From Eledone cirrhosa (Eukaryota), in assembly GCA_964016885.1 (NCBI GenBank), contig OZ024751.1:30504001-30568000 (forward strand): a stretch of 64,000 bases of DNA, written 5' to 3'. This document shows, in pieces, positions 1 to 12,975 of this stretch. The notes under the pieces were generated by a model. That model ran no database searches. It was not told the origin of the DNA and was given only the letters and a program-made list of their open reading frames with translations. Position 1 is the stretch's first letter, and each line of letters begins with the position of its first letter. Made by a program: the position numbers and the translations under genes.

Positions 1-59
1 CATATATTAATACATACATATACGCCCATAATTAGACATATAAGCACACACATACATAA

Positions 60-127
<68 letters not shown>

Positions 128-129
<2 letters not shown>

Positions 130-206
130 CTACCCACTCTACTACCTCAAGTATTGAGTACTTTGGTGCGTTATGGTCCACCTGGTTCCTTACCACATTT
201 CCTTCG

Positions 207-207
<1 letters not shown>
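128..207 (+). mobile_element. Family A (TA)n-embedded element, 3' tail only
   Basis: TACCCACTCTACTAC..GTATTGAGTAC..TTATGGTCCA..CCTTACCAC..CCTTCGT is shared with five other copies; flanked by (TA)n. Confidence 0.7.
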
Positions 208-262
<55 letters not shown>

Positions 263-825
263 ACCCTCTTCGGTCACCTAGAAATTCCCCTCTGAGGCAC
301 AAGCCCGGACAAGATGTTCTTTATTGCACACAAATGCATTACACACAAATAGATATAATACACAGACATATTACTCACTAATACATTACACAGAAATGTA
401 TATACACACTCATACATTACACATTATACATAACTGCATTATACACATAAATATATTACACACACAGTACATTATACATAACTGCATTATACATTGATAT
501 ATTACACAAAAATACATCGTAGACATAAATATATTGCTCAAAAATACATAGAGACTGTAAGAAATGGTTAAACATCAACAATTACTTCAGTTGATCTGTT
601 TACACATAAATACGAGAAAGAAACTCGGAAGATATCAAACTATTTGGTTTCATTGATACGTGGTTTCAAACAGTTTTTGACGGAGTAGGTTGAAGGTTAA
701 CAAGAGTCTTGTCTCCTTTACATGTCAATTACTGATTTATAGTGATTGTATCATATCTTATAGAAAGTTCTCACGTAATCACTAGTACTTATGATGGACG
801 TTTGAAATGAACCTTACCTCTAGTG

Positions 826-1312
826 CAGGGTTTCCCAACCAGAGTTGCGAGATAACATTTCAGTATTTTGTTTTTTTTATTATTAGTACTATTCAAATTT
901 TAATTTATTATATATTTTCTTTTCCGTATGTTTCATTTTTGTTTACATATTCTTAAAAAATAGATTCCCCGGATAAAAGTATGGCACTGCCCCATTTCTC
1001 CAGAAAACGACTTACAGTATTTCCCGGCGCTGAAGACGCTTCATCCTCGAGGACACACCCAAAATTTGACAACCAAAAGTTTGAAAAAAAAAATAAAATA
1101 ACCTTCGATCTCCAGGACGCATGGTAGATTTTTTAGACTTATTTTAGGAAAAAAGTGGCGTCTTGGACGCCGGGAAATATATAAATGTGTTGCTCAAATT
1201 TAGTATTAATTCGTCTTCTTTATCCTAAAAGAAATAATCACTTTTTTAAGGGATGCGAGAACGTATTAAAAGTTTTTAGGGGTGCAGGCATGAAAAAGGT
1301 TGGGAAACACTG
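826..1312. mobile_element. hAT-type MITE
   Basis: TIRs CAGGGTTTCCCAACC / GGTTGGGAAACACTG; perfect 8-bp TSD CTCTAGTG (818-825, 1313-1320). Confidence 0.85.
964..1182 (+). mobile_element. Tc1/mariner(pogo)-like MITE nested in the hAT element
   Basis: TA-CAGTATTTCCCGGCG..CGCCGGGAAATA inverted ends; a second copy lies inverted at 6491-6694. Confidence 0.65.
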
Positions 1313-1407
1313 CTCTAGTGAATGTTGTAATGATTTTTACTGGTTTTATTTGTGTCTGCTTTTCTTCTTGACTTTCTTCGCCACCGTCTCAGCAATGGAT
1401 CTATGTC

Positions 1408-1741
1408 TAAAGTCTGTCTCGAGCCCGGAGACACATCAGGCCGGTATTTATTCCGGTTTTCATGGAGTACAAGACTTCCCCTTGGACAGGACGCTAGTCC
1501 ATCGTAGGGTTAAAGTCTGTCTCGAGCCCGAACGCTCATCAGTCCGGTGCTTATCCTGGTTTTCGTGGTGTGAATCGTGGTGTGAAGCGGCGGAGAGTAG
1601 AAGACTCCCCCACCTGGATAGGGCACCAGTTCAACGCAGGGTTAAACTCCCAGCTATTGCTGTTACTCCTTTTCAGCTGAGTATACTGGAGCAACATGAA
1701 GTAAAGTGTTTTTCTCAACAACATAGCAAACAACCCAATCC
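1408..1741 (-). mobile_element. tRNA-derived SINE family 1 with duplicated 3' part
   Basis: Reverse complement of the 5572-5814/6955-7302 copies; AAAGTCTGTCTCGAG tail present twice (1409, 1512). Confidence 0.75.
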
Positions 1742-1769
<28 letters not shown>

Positions 1770-1773
<4 letters not shown>

Positions 1774-2280
1774 GAATATATGATAAACACTAATACAAGT
1801 ATATAAGTGTTTGTATTGCAAATGACCAAGTTAGCTAGATTGAAAAATACTAATTAAATTAATACAGTTTGCCTGTCTCGATTTAAAATAATAAATCAAT
1901 AAAAACAAACCTATATTGGCAATAGCCGTGATACCCGGACAAATTTAAATTTCAAAACTCAAATTTGTTTCGCAACAATAAGTGAAAATTCCCATTTCTG
2001 TGCTCATCTGCAGTTTTGAAATTTAAATTTGTCCGGGTATCTCGGCTATTGCCAATATAGGTTTGTTTTTATTGATTTATTATTTTAAATCGAGACAGGC
2101 AAACTGTATTAATTTAATTAGTATTTTTCAATCTAGCTAACTTGGTCATTTGCAATACAAACACTTATATACTTGTATTAGTGTTTATCATATATTCATT
2201 TGTATTACACGGCTCAGAAATATCTCTTTCTTTGAGCTATTTAATTGTAAAAGACTGTTTGAGTTTATAACTCTATATAT
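1770..2280 (+). mobile_element. (TA)n-embedded element with a 190-bp inverted repeat (1770-1959 / 2012-2201) and a unique 3' tail
   Basis: Arms match with 1 mismatch; the 52-nt spacer reads CAGATGA-GCA..TGC-GAAA-CAAATTTG on the minus strand (decayed hammerhead-like). Confidence 0.7.
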
Positions 2281-2281
2281 A

Positions 2282-2362
<81 letters not shown>

Positions 2363-2410
2363 ACATACCTATATATACATGCATACATGAATGTATGTAT
2401 ATCATATATG

Positions 2411-2458
<48 letters not shown>

Positions 2459-2478
2459 TGGTATATATGTACAAGTGT

Positions 2479-2518
<40 letters not shown>

Positions 2519-2538
2519 TGATATATATGTTCAATTGT

Positions 2539-2581
<43 letters not shown>

Positions 2582-2991
2582 AACAACTTTCACTGTCTAG
2601 TAGTTGTTGTAAAAATGTAATCCATACGTTTGATGATGGAGGGGGTTGTATGTTGGCTAGTGTGGTTTATTGGAAGTGTGGATTGTTGTTACTTTCAACT
2701 GGTTCCATCATTTAACACCCCAGCGGTTAGCTTTCGCTTGATACCGTTTCTTATTCCATTAACTTCATCGCAAGAATCAACCAGCGGATGTCAACTGTTT
2801 CGTTTTTGCTTCGGGTAGTGTGCACCGTTCTCTCTCTCTCTCTCTCTCACTCTCTCTCTCTCTCTCTCTCACTCTCTCTCTCTCTCTCTCCCCTCTCTCT
2901 CTCTCTATCACACACACACACATATATATATATATATTATATATATATATATATGAATATTTGGAATCCGGCGTTCTGTTTTCATTGAAGT

Positions 2992-3036
<45 letters not shown>

Positions 3037-3134
3037 AATATATATATATATTCACATATATATCCACACGCATATATATGTGTGTGTGTATGAAGTTATC
3101 TCTAGGTCTTCTCTTTGATGTAGCCCCATACATG

Positions 3135-3212
<78 letters not shown>

Positions 3213-3299
3213 CACAAGAAAAAACAAAGAACTCATAAACACACACACACACACGCACACACACACACACCTGTGTGCATACGCCAACAATATAATACT

Positions 3300-3628
3300 C
3301 TCAGACATCCCCGTGTTCACACACAGACTGAAGCAACACACACCTACTTATTTCATCCCTTCGACACACACACAACCACATACGACAACCCTGGACCCTC
3401 TATGTCAGCCCTTACCCCAATGCAGGATCTCAACCTATCATTTTCCTCCCAATAACCTTTCCTAATTTTCACACACTACTTACTTTCTTGTACGTACCTG
3501 TTCTCTCCTTATCCGAAATTTCCTGATAAAGGACTTCTGTCCGAAACGTCTAACCCGCCTCCACTTCTTCGAAGCGTGAATCTAATATGCCTTTGTATTT
3601 TTACATCCCTGTGTTTTGTTTCATTTTC
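3300..3628 (+). mobile_element. Decayed 3' end of a Penelope-like element (ORF end plus hammerhead remnant)
   Basis: The peptide SALTPMQDLNLSFSSQ* resembles the LGTLxPxGLN..FS terminus of PLE endonuclease ORFs. CTGATAA-A-GGAC-TTCT-GTCC-GAAA-CG-TC at 3523-3550. Lies between (CA)n and (CT)n. Confidence 0.5.
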
Positions 3629-3732
<104 letters not shown>

Positions 3733-3850
3733 ATTGAACATTTTGGAAAATATTTACATGTTTAGAAAATAAGAATAGATATACTTCATGTATCTTAACC
3801 AGCTGATTTACATCTCATATATAAATATACAAACATGGAGTACAGTTACG

Positions 3851-3903
<53 letters not shown>

Positions 3904-3909
3904 TATGTA

Positions 3910-3966
<57 letters not shown>

Positions 3967-4954
3967 ATTTGGAAACGAACAGATTTGCTCTAGCCATATT
4001 CCATGATTTGTGTGAAAATTTATGAATAATCACCTTGCTGAAATTTAATATTTAAGATAGAACTTCCGCCCTATAAGGTTCATGTCGGTTATCTCCCATT
4101 AAGAATTTTACCATTTAACGTCAAATGTTTACAACTTCCGGCTCGTTTTGGGTTTTTAATTTTTAATAAAATGCTTGTGATGTTAGTGAAGAAATTCGTT
4201 ATGATATATGTCATCAGGCAAAATATTACATTGATCATAAATATTAAATAAGGGAAAACATGCTTCAACATCTCTCTAATTCTTAAAGAAATAGATAAGT
4301 CATATTTAATTTTGTTTCTTGGGCGGAAAACGAAAATGAAAATGCATTTCGTTTTTTGCTTTTTGTTTGTTTGTTTGTTTTTCGCATCAGAAAAGTGAAA
4401 TTAGCTTACGTTTCCAAAAAAAAAAATATGATTATTAATTACACTAAAGTTAAATGCCAAACACCAAAAATCCAACGCATTGTAAATAATGTGAATTTAA
4501 TAATAAAACATGAGAAAGCTTCATGAATGACTTGTACTTAATGTAGTTAAAGTACTTTGAATTATAAAGCAGTTGGGAAAATATTTGCAATATTGAAAGA
4601 AAATACTTTCGAAATCTCAAACTCTTAGAATGAAAGAAAGTATTGGCTGAAAATAAAAGGGGCGGGGGGGGGGGGGGGGGGTTGAAATTGCTAATGAGAT
4701 TGTAAAAGTATACTTAAGTAAATAGATTTCCTCTAATTCTATAGTTTGTTTTGTGTGGATTTATATTGCACTGCAAACCAAGAGATGGCCCGTTCTGCTC
4801 CAGTGGCTGGCTGAGAACGAAAGAGAATTTAAAGCAGACTAAATATATTATGTAATTGCTATTCCAATAACTAATAAATGCCATCTGTTGAATTATATAT
4901 ATATATATATATACATACATACATATGCATATGCAAAAGGCAAACACATACACA

Positions 4955-5156
4955 CAGTGGTTAGAGAATTGTATTCGCAATCGTAAGGTTGTGAGTTCGA
5001 TTCCTGGACCAGGCGATGCGTTATGTCCTTGGGCAAGACACTTTATTTCACGTTGCTCCTTCCACCTGGAGTTGCGACCGATAGATAGTATTAGCAATTG
5101 GAAAGACCAACGGAAACATTGTTCCCTCGGTCCGATTTGACGAAAGTCGATCGACT
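4955..5156 (+). mobile_element. tRNA-derived SINE, family 1 head with a different tail (second copy 44948-45068)
   Basis: A-box CAGTGGTTAGAG, B-box GAGTTCGATTCC, GTCCTTGGGCAAGACACTTTATTTCAC core. Confidence 0.75.
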
Positions 5157-5160
5157 TTTC

Positions 5161-5218
<58 letters not shown>

Positions 5219-5571
5219 TATATATATATATACTAAACTATTATATACAAAATGCTTATTGTTATATATTCGTACGGGTTGCCCAATATTTCGAGCGTAG
5301 AATTCGGCAGTTGGAAAAGGCGCTGAAGCTTGCTATATGTATGTATGCGTGTATGTATGTATGTATGCGTGTATGTGTGTATGGACCTGTAACACCTGAT
5401 GGAGTCGTAAGGTTGCCGTAGTGACATATGGCGTATCTTGGACATTTTAAACTTGACGGAGCTCGTCCTCTCTCCAGGTCTAAACACAACCAATTTTTTC
5501 TACAAAAGGGGAGAGAGAGGCGGACCCGACCCCAATACTTCACTGGTACTATATTTATCGATCTCGAGTGT

Positions 5572-5814
5572 TGGGTCATGGGTTTGATTCCTGGACCGGG
5601 TTGTGAGTAGTGTTCTTGAGAAAGAAAAAAAACACTTCATTTTACGTTGTTTCAGTATACTCAACTGAAAATGATACCTGCTATAGCTGGGGTTTAACTT
5701 TGTAATGGACTGGCATGCTGTCTAGGGAGAATTCTTGATATCTCCGTCGCTTCACCCCACGGAAACCAGGATAACCACCCGCCTAATGAGCTTCTAGGCT
5801 TGAGACAGACTTAA
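5572..5814 (+). mobile_element. tRNA-derived SINE family 1
   Basis: B-box-like GGTTTGATTCC, AACACTTCATTTTACGTTG core, ..GGAAACCAGGATAA..GAGACAGACTT tail. Confidence 0.7.
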
Positions 5815-6490
5815 GATTTTCGAACGGCTCTGCTAAATCGCCACCTTCTGTCATGTAAATGTCTCCTATTTCTTCCTCTATCTGGGCATGTATTAGGTTG
5901 TCAGTGGGGATTATTTAACATGGAATCTATCGAACTAACAATAGAATTAAATACACTGGAAATCCATCACGATTATAATATTATAATGTTATAATTGAAG
6001 TTCTTTCACTTTATATTGCAAGATTAGACTTGTCTTGTTGCTTAGATATAGTTGGGTAGACTTTCCATAGCAGCAAACAGTTAGCTATGGCAAATACTGT
6101 AGATATTAAGTTGCATGGCTTGTCACGTGGTGGTCACCGTTTTTAATGGAAATTCCTACACCCCAACCCTTTGTTCTTTCTTAACAATCCATTTCAAAGT
6201 AACTTCAACGGCTTTTGTTGCACTAGAAAGTAATTACGTGTTGTGATTAAGTGTGGGTGAAAAGAAAAGATAAGATAGCTCACCTCAGAGTATTATAATG
6301 AAACATTTAAAACCCTTGATGTATACATTGAAGAATATTTATTTACTTAAACTTGAACTCTACTGAAATAAGCACCGAGTATTAAACAGAAAAGTATGAC
6401 ACATAATTTGTCGTTAGAAATAACCTTATAATTAAGTTCCACGAGTCATTATTTCTCCTAGGAGAAATACGGAGGATGAATATATATGTA

Positions 6491-6694
6491 CCGTATATTT
6501 TTCCCTAAAATAAGTCTCAAAAATCTACCATGCATCCTGGAGACCGAAGGTTGTTTGTTATTTTTTTTTTTTTTAAATGTTTGGTTGCCAAAATTAGGGT
6601 GCGTCCTCGAGGACGAAGCGTCTTCGGCGCCGGGAAATACTGTAAGTCGTTTTCTGGAGAAATGGGGCAGTGTCATACTTTTATCCGGGGAATT
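6491..6694 (-). mobile_element. Second copy of the 964-1182 MITE
   Basis: Reverse-complement homology over ~200 bp. Confidence 0.65.
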
Positions 6695-6954
6695 AGCCAG
6701 GGTTGTAATTAAAATAGATTTGATTCAATCAAAAATCAAAATAATTCTCATTTTTCCCGGAAGCTTAAATATGTTTTAACTGCAATTACATTAGTTTATG
6801 TGCTCACAGCGGAACAACATTTACATTGGAAATTAACGCCCGATTATATTTGATAACTAGGAATATGACATTCTATTTAAGATTTCTAATATAGATATGA
6901 AACCTTCGACCCTAGTTGAAGTAAAATAGGAAGCCTTATTAATGTTGTTGTTGT

Positions 6955-7302
6955 AGGGCGGTGGATTGGAAGAGTCGTAGAGTATCGGGCAGATGTTAAG
7001 CAGTATTTGTTCCAGGCTTGACGTACGACGTAATGTTGCTGGTTCGATTCCTGGACAGGCTGCATTGTGCTCTTTAGCAAAACACTTTATATCACGTTGC
7101 TCCAGTACACTCAGCTGAGAGTAAGTACCAAGCTGTTAAACATCCTACTTTACCAACAGTAGGAGTTAAACCTGCGATAGACCGGCGTCCTGTCCAAGGA
7201 GAGTCTTGTACTCTCAGTCGCTTAGCGCCAAGAAAACCGAGGTAAAGCGCCGGCCTGATAAGCACCCACCTGATAAGTCATCGGTTTAGAACACACTTTA
7301 AC
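6955..7302 (+). mobile_element. tRNA-derived SINE family 1
   Basis: GGTTCGATTCC B-box, AAACACTTTATATCACGTTGCTCCAG core, CCTGCGATAGACCGGCGTCCTGTCC domain. Confidence 0.75.
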
Positions 7303-8331
7303 TAACTTTACGTTCTGAGTTCAAATCCACATCTTTTGCAATCCACATCTTTCAAATCCACATCTTTCGCAATCCACATCTTTCGCAATATGAACGTGAC
7401 TTGCCACTGCAAGTTATGAAAACCTGACAAGATTGATAAATACTGCGAGCATTTACTGGGCTGAGTTAAAATTCTACCAACAAAAGGCTCTATGGTCGTC
7501 ATTAGTAACCCAAAGGACCAATAGGTAAAATGTCTTATAATCAAAAATATGTATTAATAATCATAAATAGAAATATGTTGATGAACAGGATATTGTCTGT
7601 ATGAATTGTAAAAGGGAATCTATGAATATATGATGTTGTGCACAACGAATATTACAATATAGAAACGTTAAACCGAGTTCTCCTAAAACAGCTGTGTTTT
7701 GTCAGCAGGTGACTGTAGTAATGGCAGGTTTGGTTCACTTCAGTAGCCATGCTTGACGCCATTATTCGGACACCTACCGTTGTGAACAATATCATCTGTA
7801 TATTTCTGAATGCCGCCATCACGTCAAATAATTTCATCGCCATCCATTGGGAATATTTCTACTTAATACTTTAAACAGATTCAGTTCAGTGTAGAGCTTT
7901 TTTTGTTTTTCCCAATGTTGTTGGGCTTTGAAAACAAATAAATCTCATTCGATGGGAATAAACTGAAATATTAGCAGTATAACTATTTTCCATACAAAGG
8001 ACATGAGATCATATAGCATCACTACAAACCCGATATGACGTTGCACCAGTCATAGATTTCTAAGCTTCGCTAAGGGTAGATATAAAAACAAAACATCGAG
8101 AATAAATCGCAAAAGATCTTGAAATTGTTAGATAAGAAGGTTAACTCTCAAGATGAAATCTGTAACGTAGTAAATAAGTTCTGAACTGAAAACTTGCTTC
8201 CTACAAAAGATTGCTGCAGAAAGTACACTTAGTTGGTGAAGATCTGTCATCGAATATACATCTTTCATGTTATCTTAGTAAAGTAATTCGTTCTTTGTTC
8301 AATTCATGTCAAGATAGACTTGTCGTCCTGT

Positions 8332-9515
8332 TGGTGCCAGTAGAATAAGCGTTAAATGGCAAACTCATTAGACTTCGGATAGAATACTTTGCGGTATTCG
8401 TCCCGGCTCTCTGCGCTCTGAGTTTAAAATTCGCCAAAATTGAATTTGCCTTTTATCCTTTCAATCTCGATTAAAAAAAAATACCAGTCCAATATTAGGG
8501 TTGATTCTTCCTCGGTTTCTCTCTTTCATTTTCATTCTTTCTTTGATGAAATCTGTTGTGTGCAGACATGGAGAGAAGATGCGCTTCGTCAGGTTTTAGA
8601 TGCCCCCAAAACACCGTATCGCACATTTCTCGGCATTGCACATTTATCCCTTAAATTTATGACCTTCTTTCAAAGGTAGATATCGTTATAATATCATTGC
8701 ATTTTCTTTGTATCTGTTACTACTATATATTGACGCCGGAAAGATGAAAGGCAAAGTTGAGCTCGGCGGGGATTTGAACTGAAAATGTTAAGAGCTAGAT
8801 CAAATACCTTATCGGACGCTCTACCAATTCTACCAAGTTGGGCTCGGCAGGGATTTGAACTGAAAATGTTAATAACCAGAACAAATACCACTATGGGATT
8901 TTATTCGGCACTCTATCAATTCTACCAAGTTGGTCTTTATGGGATTTGAACTCAGACTGTAAAGAGCCGAAACAAATATCGGAATTATAGTTTAGCTGAT
9001 GCTCTAACAATTTTGCCGATCCACCACTTTAGTATCCAATAATATTACACTGTATTGAATTAAATCTATTCCAAGAAGTGTGTAGCATATTATCTTTACA
9101 GTACAATATTTACTTTGAAGGAAAACGTGTGCTGATGATTCCATCGTCCATAATAATTGATTCGCTGTGTTTGTTAAAACCGTAATTCAAACAATCTGTG
9201 TAAAAAGATACGCCATAACGTAAAGTGAGATACATATCTTTCAGGTTTTAATCAATTTTAACTTAAGAAATCAACTCATCATTCATTGTTCCCCCCACCC
9301 ACCGAATACCATTTATGCTTCCTACACATAATCATCTCATATAAAACGAGTGGCGTTAGAAATTACAGAATCGGTAGATTCTCCAATAACATGCTTTGTG
9401 TGATATTTAGTTACGACTTACGACATTGTGAGTTCAAATCCCGCCGAGGTTAACTTTGCCTATCAGCTTTCCAGGGTCGATAAAATAAAGTACCAATAAA
9501 GTACGGGGGCTGATA
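8332..9515. mobile_element. Three SINE family 2 copies (8332-8506 +, 8708-9030 - with triplicated head, 9350-9515 +)
   Basis: GAGTTCAAATCCCGCCGAGG B-box region and GCCTTTCATCC..GGTCGATAAAATAAAGTACC core. Confidence 0.7.
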
Positions 9516-10427
9516 TGGTTTTGCTGGGTAAATTAAGCCTTGAACTCATTGGTTGTTAGGCCCGTATAGTTCTTCTGGACACCGCCAGGCGGTGGGAAGG
9601 TGGCTCTGTAGACGAGGGCCTTAGGATTGCAGGATCAACTTGAATGATGTTATTTGGCAGGGTATCGGCAATTACGAGTTGGTGTATGGTAGATTTAGAG
9701 CACGTACCCTGATTTAGATTCAGGGACAGGGAGACCTACACCATCCCGTTTCATATGAAGGTTCCGTAACCCAGGGCACAACACTCCGTGCATCCACAGT
9801 ATCAATTGGAGCATTCAAATCAGAACCTCCTCATCATCCCGGTGTTGCAACTGTCGGCTCTGCCTCCGTGAGTGATTGCATATACTGCAACACCTGGTCA
9901 TACCCATCAACGGGAAGTCTGATCTAATGTTTTGCTGGCACCTAAGAAGCGCCTTTTTGGCCTACTTTAAACCATTGACTGGCACTGGACATTGTACAGA
10001 AATCACCTGAATTCCACCCGCCTCTTATGGTGTAGAGAAAGACAGCTCGAACTAGTACACACACCATGAAAATACCAACAAAACCCCTACCAAAGCTCAC
10101 TACAAACATCAAATGATCATTCAGCCAGCCAGCGACACCGCCCCCACACAGAGAAGACCCTACAGACAGAAAGACGCCACCAGGACGCCAATGAGATCAC
10201 ATATCCGATGTCAATAGATTCTACTGAAATTAAAGGTGCCACCGAGACGCAAACTTTCTCGTCCTGTCGATGATGACCTATTAATTAACACAAACACGTC
10301 ACCTGAATAGGGGGCCCCTAGAAACATAGCCCAAAACTCCATTCTCCATCTTATTTTACTTTTTTCAAAGGGATCTAATGATTTTGACGTGTTTTTGTTT
10401 TGAAATCACTGGCAGTCAAACTGTTTA

Positions 10428-10461
<34 letters not shown>

Positions 10462-10579
10462 CATACATACATACATACATACATACATACATACATACAT
10501 ACATACATACATACATACATACATACATAGCGTTTAATATGCGATAGAAACATTTTAAAGTGAAACTTTGTTATCTCAT

Positions 10580-10636
<57 letters not shown>

Positions 10637-10885
10637 GTATGCGTGTGTATGATTGAGTGCGCGTTTATATGTAACCGGAAATCTAAACTTCAATATAGTT
10701 TTATTGTATTGTACTCGGCTACATCTTGTGTAAAAGCGTGGTCAGTAGACCGAAAACAAAACTGCCATTCTCACAAGGGGTTACCAAGGCAACAACTCAA
10801 TAGAAAATAGGTTCTAGAACAATCGTGGTTTCCATAAGAAATGACAATAACAATAACAACACCATCAAAACAAAACACACTGAAG

Positions 10886-10931
10886 ACTTCTATTCTCTTC
10901 TATTCTTTACAGTATTTTTGCACAGGTAAGT
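10886..10931 (+). other. Candidate 13-nt microexon (10913-10925) or recursive AG|GTAAGT splice point
   Basis: CTTCTATTCTCTTCTATTCTTTACAG-TATTTTTGCACAG-GTAAGT. Confidence 0.35.
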
Positions 10932-11394
10932 TGACAAGAAACTATAATCTCATTTGACAGGTGCAGCCAGTAATAAAAAGGGAACTTATAAGGATGTAAA
11001 CATTAATTTTCACAACTCAGCATGACTTACTAAATGTTTCATATCCCTGTACAACCTTTGGGTGCCACATACAGTTTTTGTGGCATAGTGCTTTATGACC
11101 CGGGAAGGTGTAGCTTCGTTTTCCTTTGGTTTATTATTATTATCAATGTCGTCGTCGTTCTTCTTCTTCTTCTTATTATTATTATTATTATTATTATTAT
11201 CATTTTACTTTCTTAATTTGTTGTACCGACACCTACTACAAGATGAAAACATATAACAACCGACCCTTACTAGTTGAACAATACCTCCTACGGTGCACCC
11301 GTTGAGTAGGTCATCGCAAGACACGTAAAATCCGAAGAAAATTGGCGCAGTGGAAAATTTAATAACAGCAGAGACGATCACAGCGAACAATAAT

Positions 11395-12684
11395 AATTGT
11401 TTCTAATTTAGGCAAAAAGTCAATGTGATGGATTGGCAGAATCGGTAGAGCGTCAGAGAAAATGACATTGCGGTGTTTGTTCTGGCTCTTAACATTCTCT
11501 GTTTAAATGAAGTTCTAATTAATGATAAGAAAGAAAAAATAGACAATGAGCTACACCACAACAACCACAACAATAACAATGGTTTCTCATTTAGGCACAG
11601 GCTAACAATTTGAGGGGAGGGGAAAGTTGATTAAATCGACCCCAGTGTATTACTGGTACTTTATTTTATCGACCCCGTAAGGGTGAAAGGCAAAGTTAAC
11701 CTCGGCGAGATTTGAACTCAGATCATAAAGGGCCGTAACTCTATGCTGCAAAGCATGGCGTCCGACCCTCTACTGATACTGTCAATCCACTGCCCTTAAT
11801 GAAATTATAATTAATTATAAGAAAAAAATGGACAATGACCACAACAACCACAACAATAATAATTGATTCTACTTTTGGCACAAAGCCAGCAATTATCCCA
11901 GTACATTACTGGTACTTTATTTCATTGACCTCGTAAGGATGAAAGGCAAAACCGCAACAACAAAACAATAATAATAGTTTCTCATTTAGGCACAAGTCCA
12001 ACAATTTGACGGAAGGAAAAAGTCGATTAAATCAACCCAGTACATTACTGGTACTTTATTTTATCGACCCCATAAGGATGAAAGGCAAAGTTAACCTCGG
12101 AGGGATTTGAACTCAGAACGTAAAGGACAATAACTCTATGCTGCAAAGCATGGTGTCTGACGCTCTACCGATACTGCCAATACACCGCCCTAACCACAAC
12201 AATAATTATTATTTCTACTTTTGGCACAAGGCCAGCAATTATTCCAGTGCATTACTGGTACTTTATTTCATCGACGTCGTAAGGATGAAAGGCGGAGTTA
12301 ACCTCGGCGGGATTTGAACTCAGACCGTAAAGGGACGTAACTCTATGCTGGAAAGTATGGCGTCCGACTCTCTACCGATACTGCCAATCCACCATAATAA
12401 CAATAGACAACAACAATAACAGAAAATAAAAGAAGCGACAGTGACGATAACAACAAGAATATGTGTAAGAAGTGTAATGACAGTTTGTCAATCGTAGAAA
12501 CGATGTGAGTGGCTGGTGTAACTATAATCTGTATAATTACTATCACAACAAAAGTCTCGTAATAACTATAGCAACGGTATATCACCATTTTTTTTATTAT
12601 CACCATCGTTATCATTACTGTAATCTTTACAGACATTGTTATCGAATTAAACAGCAATTACAACACAATTAACAACATTAGTGA

Positions 12685-12719
<35 letters not shown>

Positions 12720-12975
12720 TGTACAGATTAACGTTTAAGTTAACCTCGGCGAGATTTAAACTCAGAATGGCAAGGGCCGTAACTCTATACGTCAAAGCAT
12801 GGCGTCCGACCCTCTACAATACTGCCAAAAATAATTGTTTCTACTTTAGGCACAAGGCCAGCAATTACCCAGTACATTACTGGTACTTTATTTTATCGAC
12901 CCTGTAAGGATGAAAGGTAAAGTCAACCTCGGCGGGATTTGAACTCAGATCGTAAAGGGATGTAACTATGCTGGA
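11395..12975 (-). mobile_element. Tandem cluster of ~6-7 SINE family 2 copies or fragments
   Basis: Repeated GGCACAAGGCCAGCAATT..CTGGTACTTTATTTTATCGACCCCGTAAGGATGAAAGGCAAAGTTAACCTCGGCGGGATTTGAACTCAG units separated by (AAC/AAT)n tails. Confidence 0.85.

Noticed and set aside
7640-7860. Unique moderately GC segment as a coding exon
   Set aside because: Short ORFs, no recognisable homology and no clear splice sites.
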